From: Octopus sinensis
Taxonomy: Eukaryota
NCBI RefSeq assembly: GCF_006345805.1
Contig: NC_043011.1
Coordinates: forward strand, 7,874,001 to 7,938,000
Direction of reading: 5' to 3'
DNA: 64,000 nt
Shown piece after piece: positions 60,138-64,000 of this stretch (its first letter is position 1; every line of letters starts with the position of its first letter). A program made the translations under genes and the position numbers. The notes under the pieces are model-generated. The model ran no database searches and was not told where the DNA came from. It saw only the letters and a program-made list of their open reading frames with translations.

Positions 60138-60483
60138 ATCATTAAACTTCCATACAGCCACAGTCTGTTGAAATACATTCATAAGACAAGGCTTCACACT
60201 GTGGGATTGAACTTCAGACCACATTGTTGCAAAGTGCATTCCTTAACCATACACCCACCTGTTCATATTATTTATTTACTCATGTTTATTAATGTTTTTT
60301 GTTTCATTTTTGTCGCATTTTAATTTTGATTCTTTTCTTCTTTTCTTTTTGCTCTCTCTCCCTCAACAGAACCGGTCATTCATTGCTTCGTCTGCAGAAA
60401 AACTGAAAATTCACACACCCACCTCAGTTTTCAATGTTTCAGCTAATGCTTCCAATGGGCAAGACCGAGAGACAAGAGTCTAA
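3799..60483 (+). CDS. ADAM17: ADAM17/TACE-like metalloprotease-disintegrin, 3' part. 15 coding exons lie in the window; the prodomain and N-terminal exons are presumably upstream.
   Basis: The spliced translation gives [34 protein letters not shown], Met-turn YVMYP, disintegrin [34 protein letters not shown], a TM segment and a stop. All 14 junctions are phase-compatible. Colinear with ADAM17 as I recall it; orthologue versus paralogue is not established. Confidence 0.9.
4677..8131. mobile_element. Palindromic tRNA-headed hammerhead element, copy 2 (interrupted by an RTE and a SINE)
   Basis: 9-bp TSD AGGCTCTAT at 4668-4676 and 8132-8140; tRNA-like head 4832-4897 (A box TAGTGGTTAAG, B box GAGTTCGATTCC); same tail as copy 1. 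Confidence 0.8.
4907..7494 (-). mobile_element. RTE-clade LINE family A (PHD-bearing), 5'-truncated and frameshifted
   Basis: RT motifs [29 protein letters not shown]; continuous with an approximately 550-bp 3' UTR ending (GAT)n; inserted into an (AAT)n tract. Confidence 0.92.
8533..9085. repeat. Degenerate interstitial telomere-like (CCCTAA-variant) tract with a 52-bp higher-order repeat
   Basis: aaccctaaaatctaatcc recurs at 8821, 8873, 8925 and 8977. Confidence 0.85.
9693..9831 (+). CDS. ADAM17: ADAM17-like catalytic-domain exon ([46 protein letters not shown])
   Basis: ctcacag| ... |gtaagt, 139 nt, phase 0-1; CLAHLFT and GVLGLAY motifs. Confidence 0.95.
9855..10175. repeat. Degenerate (GGTT/GGTC/AGTC)n tetranucleotide satellite directly after a coding exon
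   Basis: Visible 4-nt periodicity. Confidence 0.8.
12789..13660. mobile_element. Mariner-derived foldback element built from two 5' ends
   Basis: TA-flanked; about 270-bp diverged inverted arms, each with TIR, 5' UTR and transposase N-terminus; the - arm continues through RRITIREL...SAKFVPKL. Confidence 0.8.
13818..14022 (-). mobile_element. tRNA-derived SINE family B (central GGTCGACTTTGCCTTTCATCC domain)
   Basis: Near-identical copies at 18309-18532(-), 26905-27135(-), 46869-47084(+), and a tandem cluster at about 42700-43255(+). Confidence 0.8.
14591..14965 (+). mobile_element. Non-autonomous Helitron
   Basis: 5' TC after A, 3' CTAG before T, subterminal hairpin cccgg-gcaacg-ccggg at 14938-14953. 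Confidence 0.8.
14994..15104 (+). CDS. ADAM17: ADAM17-like exon ([37 protein letters not shown]+g), first zinc His
   Basis: tttacag| ... |gtaagt, 111 nt, phase 1-1. Confidence 0.92.
15300..15621. repeat. Degenerate 39-bp minisatellite that continues at 17989-18125 after the SINE/RTE insertion
   Basis: attgtatgataaaacagattgtggatggattattgtct at 15421 and 15460. Confidence 0.75.
15622..17988 (+). mobile_element. SINE family A with nested RTE family A copy (about 15780-17786)
   Basis: 11-bp TSD ATTCTGTCAAT at 15611-15621 and 17989-17999; RTE ORF remnants ([20 protein letters not shown]) with an internal deletion starting inside the PHD finger. Confidence 0.9.
18194..18199 (+). CDS. ADAM17: 6-nt microexon AAATTG completing H-E-I-G-H (catalytic Glu)
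   Basis: ccttaacag|AAATTG|gtaagt. The join cat g|aa att g|gc cat gives HEIGH; the flanking exons alone give HGH. Confidence 0.88.
19368..19486 (+). CDS. ADAM17: ADAM17-like exon ([40 protein letters not shown]): zinc His 2 and 3, Met-turn
   Basis: ttttacatcag| ... |gtgagt, 119 nt, phase 1-0. Confidence 0.95.
21251..21320 (+). CDS. ADAM17: ADAM17-like exon ([23 protein letters not shown])
   Basis: tttttccag| ... |gtatga, 70 nt, phase 0-1; FSxCS motif. Confidence 0.92.
21926..22271. mobile_element. Near-perfect foldback element (about 137-bp arms) with two outward-facing hammerhead-like motifs
   Basis: Arms 21980-22116 and 22135-22271 with 3 mismatches by eye; one-sided extension about 21926-21979. 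Confidence 0.85.
22136..22186 (+). ncRNA. Hammerhead-like motif with G3/C8 core (GUGAACA)
   Basis: tttgtca GTGAACA g gtcgt ggtctcaaa gcgac GAAA atat t t tggtaaa; mirror copy 22065-22115(-); relative 30824-30874(+) with GTGAAGA. Confidence 0.6.
22339..22386 (-). ncRNA. Hammerhead-like motif with U4C core (CCGAUGA), GUA site
   Basis: The - strand reads gtct CCGATGA a gggatat aataa atgtcct g GAAA tagctg t a agac. Confidence 0.55.
22688..23983 (+). mobile_element. Full-length mariner (DD34D) transposon with one nonsense mutation
   Basis: TA TSD at 22686-87 and 23984-85; about 36-bp TIRs; transposase 22855-23910 in one frame with TAA at 23101; [16 protein letters not shown] motifs with D34D spacing. 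Confidence 0.95.
24007..24335 (+). mobile_element. tRNA-derived SINE family C
   Basis: A box tggctcagtggtt, B box gttcaattcc, then tcttgagcaagacac; relatives at about 2346-2815 and 4290-4545. Confidence 0.7.
25345..25517. repeat. Hairpin/MITE-like palindrome
   Basis: Core arms 25373-25425 and 25433-25485 are near perfect with a 7-nt loop; looser outer arms. Confidence 0.8.
25872..26060 (+). mobile_element. tRNA-derived SINE family D
   Basis: gaggtgcaatggcccaatggttagggcagcggactc...gtttcgattccc; reversed copy at about 37025-37242. Confidence 0.75.
26367..26508 (+). CDS. ADAM17: ADAM17-like disintegrin exon ([47 protein letters not shown])
   Basis: tttgacag| ... |gtattg, 142 nt, phase 1-2; CGN..GEECD cysteine pattern. 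Confidence 0.93.
27470..27952 (+). mobile_element. RTEX-like LINE 3' fragment (family B)
   Basis: [30 protein letters not shown] coding remnant and (GAT)n tail; shorter copy 48328-48520(-). Confidence 0.8.
28289..28399 (+). CDS. ADAM17: ADAM17-like disintegrin exon ([38 protein letters not shown])
   Basis: tctttcag| ... |ATATCCTTT (U12 donor), 111 nt, phase 2-2. Confidence 0.9.
30079..30487 (-). mobile_element. 356-bp terminally redundant unit containing a hammerhead motif (retrozyme-like or Penelope-like)
   Basis: 53-bp direct repeats at 30079-30131 and 30435-30487 (2 mismatches); hammerhead at 30291-30337. Confidence 0.6.
30291..30337 (-). ncRNA. Type I hammerhead ribozyme motif, GUC cleavage triplet, U4C core
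   Basis: tctaga CCGATGA agga caatga tcct GAAA cacgcgtg t c tctaga; all three stems pair; stem III is the palindrome ACACGCGTGT. Confidence 0.75.
31111..31202. repeat. Perfect 35-bp inverted repeat with a 22-nt loop
   Basis: aaaatacaaaaatgggacaagaacgcaaaacatcc and its exact reverse complement. Confidence 0.9.
31260..33671 (-). mobile_element. RTE-clade LINE family A (PHD-bearing), 5'-truncated
   Basis: ORF remnants 33072-33608 and 32013-33062; LYADD; PHD at 32400-32531; 3' UTR and (GAT)n tail. Confidence 0.92.
33722..34480. mobile_element. MITE with about 80-bp TIRs (TA-flanked, Tc1/mariner-like) and a nested RTE-A 3' fragment
   Basis: gcaaatgagaaaac...tttattcaaatgta (33724-33803) mirrors 34397-34478, followed by cg|ta. 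Confidence 0.75.
36216..36278 (+). CDS. ADAM17: ADAM17-like exon ([21 protein letters not shown])
   Basis: TTCCTTAACattgttAC| ... |gtaagt, 63 nt, phase 2-2. Confidence 0.9.
36590..36756. repeat. AT-rich inverted repeat (about 59-bp arms)
   Basis: ataaattagagaagaacc...atgatataaatt mirrors 36698-36756. Confidence 0.8.
37324..37730. mobile_element. Second tRNA-headed head-to-head foldback element
   Basis: Diverged arms 37324-37434 and 37619-37730; tRNA-like A/B boxes at 37580-37641. Confidence 0.6.
37978..38051 (+). CDS. ADAM17: ADAM17-like exon ([24 protein letters not shown])
   Basis: ttttacag| ... |gtaagt, 74 nt, phase 2-1. Confidence 0.95.
42183..42295 (+). CDS. ADAM17: ADAM17-like membrane-proximal domain exon ([38 protein letters not shown])
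   Basis: cctttcag| ... |gtacgt, 113 nt, phase 1-0. Confidence 0.92.
45560..45815 (+). pseudogene. Mariner transposase C-terminal remnant
   Basis: [15 protein letters not shown] and FF.HGIRKL...VIANNGDY remnants. Confidence 0.7.
45931..46009 (+). CDS. ADAM17: ADAM17-like stalk exon ([26 protein letters not shown])
   Basis: tattcag| ... |gtaagt, 79 nt, phase 0-1; amphipathic CANDIS-like segment. Confidence 0.9.
46040..46775. repeat. 20-bp minisatellite with an exact 80-bp higher-order repeat
   Basis: Four identical 80-mers from 46301 to 46620. Confidence 0.92.
46783..47611. mobile_element. piggyBac-like MITE with a nested SINE B
   Basis: TTAA flanks; cctttca...tgaaagg termini. Confidence 0.65.
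48207..48619. mobile_element. piggyBac-like MITE family (about 210 bp) with a nested RTEX fragment
   Basis: TTAA|CCCTTT...AAAGGG|TTAA; other copies at 47991-48186, 55771-55981, about 63801-63960; related unit about 37800-37945. Confidence 0.8.
49351..49439 (+). CDS. ADAM17: ADAM17-like transmembrane exon ([30 protein letters not shown])
   Basis: ctgcag| ... |gtaagt, 89 nt, phase 1-0; NIV..hydrophobic..WIP pattern. Confidence 0.92.
50912..50965 (+). CDS. ADAM17: ADAM17-like cytoplasmic exon ([18 protein letters not shown])
   Basis: tattacag| ... |gtaaat, 54 nt, phase 0-0; charged stop-transfer segment. Confidence 0.75.
51881..52310 (-). mobile_element. Non-autonomous RTE-derived short element (5'-UTR-like body, no ORF)
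   Basis: GC-richer island sharing AATCCGGA.TGGAGCCCC..AGGCGGTT...CTTCCG.CAGCTCCTGCA with the 5' UTR of the full-length RTE (59655-59721). Confidence 0.6.
56141..60080 (-). mobile_element. Full-length BovB-like RTE LINE (3940 bp) with one frameshift
   Basis: 13-bp TSD AAGCTAGTACACA at 56128-56140 and 60081-60093; APE endonuclease ([23 protein letters not shown]) at 58454-59605; RT (QGCVLAP, FADD) and terminal C2H2 finger at 56179-58227; frame change near 58460. Confidence 0.95.
60370..60483 (+). CDS. ADAM17: Probable last coding exon ([37 protein letters not shown])
   Basis: Pyrimidine tract then ctcaacag|, phase 0, stop TAA, followed by unique non-repetitive sequence (putative 3' UTR). Homology evidence is weak. 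Confidence 0.65.
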   Translation, partial: NRSFIASSAEKLKIHTPTSVFNVSANASNGQDRETRV

Positions 60484-61865
60484 CATTGGTCGACTCATCT
60501 CCCTGCCTCCCGCCTCCCGGCCAATCGATCCTTTTCCTTCTCCTTTCACCCACCACTAAGGTTGCTATTTTTGTTTAAAAATCGATACTGTTGAAGAACA
60601 AGTTCTGCCTGCAGGAATATTGTACAGTTGAAGGCAAAATTTACCAAAAAAGATACCATTTGATGAATGCCTACATTTTTACATACCTGCAGACCCAATC
60701 ACACACACAACCATATATGTGCCCTCACTATATGCTTGCTTGTTTGATTGCTTAGGATTTGGTAGTTGAAACTGAAATTGGCCAGTCAGGTTCATTTTCA
60801 TCTACGAATTCTTTGGTTACTAACCTCACAATCTTCAGTATGAAGCCTCTGTCGAAGACCAGAATGGTAAATGTTTGGCTGAAGAATGCAGGTTTTATTT
60901 CTGAGTACATGCTCTTTCTTTTTTTTTTGTTGCTTTGCCTTGTAGTGGTATGTGTGTGTTTCCTACATATTTTAAATCTGACCCACAACAGCTAGACGGT
61001 GCCGGTGTGGGCATCAAGTTGTGATTTCTCAACTCTCAAACACTTGATGTTTGAACCTCGTGTTTGGTTCATCTCTTTGACATTACTTCCCACACACTTT
61101 CATTCACTCTTGCACACATACACAGAAAGATAACAAGCTTTTAATCCCTGAAACTTCACTCAATCACTTGCTTTAAATTGGTTCGTTCTCTTTCTTCGTC
61201 AAGACAACTTGCACGCTGCTGATTTGGTTTGTGAGTAAAGGCTCTCAGCTGTTTGGAAGCTGATGAGTTTGGCATGGCTGACAGAACAGTGAACCTGTTT
61301 CGGCATCAATACTTTTTGGCACTAGGGACAGGGGCACACACTCACTCATGTGCATGTGCACACACATACACACTCACATACACACATGCATGCACAAATA
61401 CACATGCACTCTCATTCACACACACATGCATGCACACACATTCACACACATACACGTGTGCATGCATACATGGACACACTGATAGACTCAATCCAATTGG
61501 CCCTGGTTTAACCCCTACAATGTTGGTCTTGTGTGCCTTTAGCGGGGTCCCCTACGTTATTTGAACCTAGACACCATTTCTAACAATAACATCCTACTTC
61601 ACTCCCACTGGTCTTTGCTTCACCACATACTGAAATTTAGAAATAGCTAGTTTTAACTGCTATTTCTAAATTTTGGTATGTGGTGAAGCAAATTTTTTTT
61701 GCTGAACCCTAATTATAATTATACTCATAATTATAAAAAAATTATATATTATATATATATATATATATAAATATAGGGATGGTATTATTGAAATACCATC
61801 ACTAGTGGTAAGCGAATTAGCAGCCGTACAGGCAAATTAATAAAATATTGTATATATATATATAT

Positions 61866-62325
61866 GTTAGTTAGTTAGTTAGTTAATGTTTGGCTCAAAA
61901 AGCAAAATGCAAGGCCATGTAGGGGGACATGGAATTATGTACAGGCTGGTGTTCATGTAAAGAGTTCAGGCCACTTGTGGTCAAGGGAGACTTTGAACCG
62001 AGCGGTTGTCGGCATCTTCACCATCTCGTCCGGCAGCTTATTCCATGGATCCACAACCCGGACGGAGAAAGCCCCTCTCCTTCAATTGAGATGAAATCGT
62101 CGCAGATAGAGCTTTTCGGAGTGACCCCGCAGCCGACGCTCTGGAGCAGGAGTGAAGAACAGCTCTTTCGAGAGGTTACACTTTCCGCTTATGATGTTGT
62201 GAGCGAGAATGAGATCACCACGGCATCGTCGTTTTTCTAGAGAATAAAGGTCGGGCGTCTTCAGCCTTTCTTCATAAGATAAATTCTTGAGACCAAGAAC
62301 CATGCGGGTAGCCAGCTTCTGGACT
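61866..62325 (-). mobile_element. CR1-clade LINE 3' fragment
   Basis: LSYEERL...LEKRRCRGDLI...LRGH coding remnant; (TAAC)n tail at about 61866-61885. Confidence 0.85.
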
Positions 62326-64000
62326 CTTTATATATATATATATAATATATATATATATAAAGTGTAAAAATTATCAAAAATAATAATCTATACTAGTGGC
62401 CAGCAATTATAAAAAATTGTCCATACACTGTAACTTATTTTTATATATGTGTATAACCATATAACCATATACCACTTGGTGGTTTTCCACTTAGCGTATA
62501 ATTACCTATGGTTATACACACATATGTGTGTGTGTGTGTGTGTCTTCAAGTATATGTACACACATTCTCATGTATCTGCATACAAGCACACACACATCTG
62601 GATGTGGGCATATATTAACATATATATGATGGTTGTTGTTTATATTTATATCCGTGTGTGTGTGTGCGGGTCCTTGATAAGTCACCATTATCAACAACAA
62701 CCTCTACTTCATGTAAAATCCTTCCATGCCTTATCTGCTGAAGTGATAATGCTGTGCAGTCTTATCTGTTGCCTGTGTCTCATTATGAAGACATAGGTTA
62801 TCGACCCATTTCCCCATATCAAGTGCCCCCAGTAAGTTATTTCTTAATGAGTGCACCCCCCCCCCCCGGGGTTAACCCTGATCAAAATAACCTTGGCTCA
62901 AATGCATTCCAACCATTACTTTCTAGGACTTCATTATCTAATGTGTCCTTCCCCTTGTAATACAATAGAATATAATTTGATGGAGGTTATCCTGCTATTT
63001 CTAGCAGCTGTAGCTACCACATACAAGTTGGCTTATTTTCTGGGTGTATTAGACGTGCAGGGGCTGTAGTTTTACCCTAGAGAGGCCTGGAAATTGATTC
63101 CCCTTGTTCTTTTAACCAAAATCAGTCTGGTCAAGTTGGCCTAATGCTTAAAGTTACTCTACTCCATCCATGACTGCCCCATCATATAATAGGCATGGTG
63201 TATCTAGGACTGACATTACTCAATGTATCTATGCTTTTTTTGTTAAATGGTTGGCTGTGATTTGTGTGACTTTTGGTTGCTATTTTTAGCACATTGAGCA
63301 ACCTCTTGGGAGATGCTTTGTTTTTGTTCCTTGTTCTTCAATTTTGTTCCTGCAGGTTAATGATCACACCTGTAATATCATTTTATATAGTTTTGTAATT
63401 CTATTTATAGTTTATAAAAAAAAAATTGTTTTGTGTGTTTCATTAGATTTTCTTTTCACGTAAACTCTTTCATGTGTGAATTTGTCTGCTTGTCTGATGT
63501 CACTAACACTCATTTTACAGTTCAGTTGTCACAGGTAAGAAATGAACATTTACCTGTAAGAAAACAGAGACCAATGTAGCTATGACATATACAATACACC
63601 CACACACACACACCTGTTGTACATGTGTACCAGTGACTGTAGTCGTAAGTTCTAGGTGTGCTGGGGTCAGCGCTGTACGGCCACCAAGGCCAGGGTTTTT
63701 AATGTATAATCATGTCTTTTCTTCGTTCCGTGTCTTACAATAATTTAATCACATTCTGTCTTTAAATCTTAAAATGTTTTGCTCAAAATTAACTCGTTAA
63801 CTCTCTTGTTACCGTATTTCTGTCGAAATACACTGCCTTCATTTTTAAATAAAGTTTCGAAACTATGAAGAATTTAGTAAAATAACTTTGTCATTATGAA
63901 GCTGATGTTTGAAACTGAAATTAACCTGAATCTTTTTAGGGAAGATTCTTGGATCACTTGAACCCTTTTACTCTCTTTACTCTCTTTTACTTGTTTCAGT

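Noticed and set aside
166-63069. Most ORF-track entries (poly-YI, HT, CV, II, DD runs; recurring [12 protein letters not shown] and [12 protein letters not shown] peptides)
   Set aside because: They are translations of microsatellites or of SINE and LINE-UTR repeats. They recur because the repeats recur, not because they are genes.

Overview
Eukaryotic, AT-rich, very repeat-dense genomic DNA. The repeat families resemble those I recall from octopod cephalopods (Octopus), which is unverified. The window covers the 3' part of one large + strand gene for an ADAM17/TACE-like membrane metalloprotease. I reconstructed 15 coding exons by hand (3799-60483); all join in phase and cover the catalytic domain, disintegrin, membrane-proximal domain, TM helix and a short tail ending ETRV*. 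Two splicing features stand out. First, a 6-nt microexon (18194-18199, AAATTG) is the only source I found for the catalytic Glu of the HExxH motif, and skipping it keeps the frame. Second, there is a 7.8-kb AT-AC U12-type intron (28400-36215). The introns hold tRNA-derived SINEs, three RTE-type LINE families (one with a PHD finger inside the RT region, one full-length BovB-like copy with a 13-bp TSD), a CR1 fragment, mariner/Tc1 elements, piggyBac-like MITEs, a non-autonomous Helitron, satellites and foldback elements. Several foldback or short elements carry Penelope-type minimal hammerhead ribozyme motifs in about five sequence families, including non-canonical cores (G3/C8 swap, U4C). No rRNA, true tRNA gene or CRISPR array was seen. 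Most ORF-track entries are microsatellite or repeat artefacts. All alignments and folds were done by eye.
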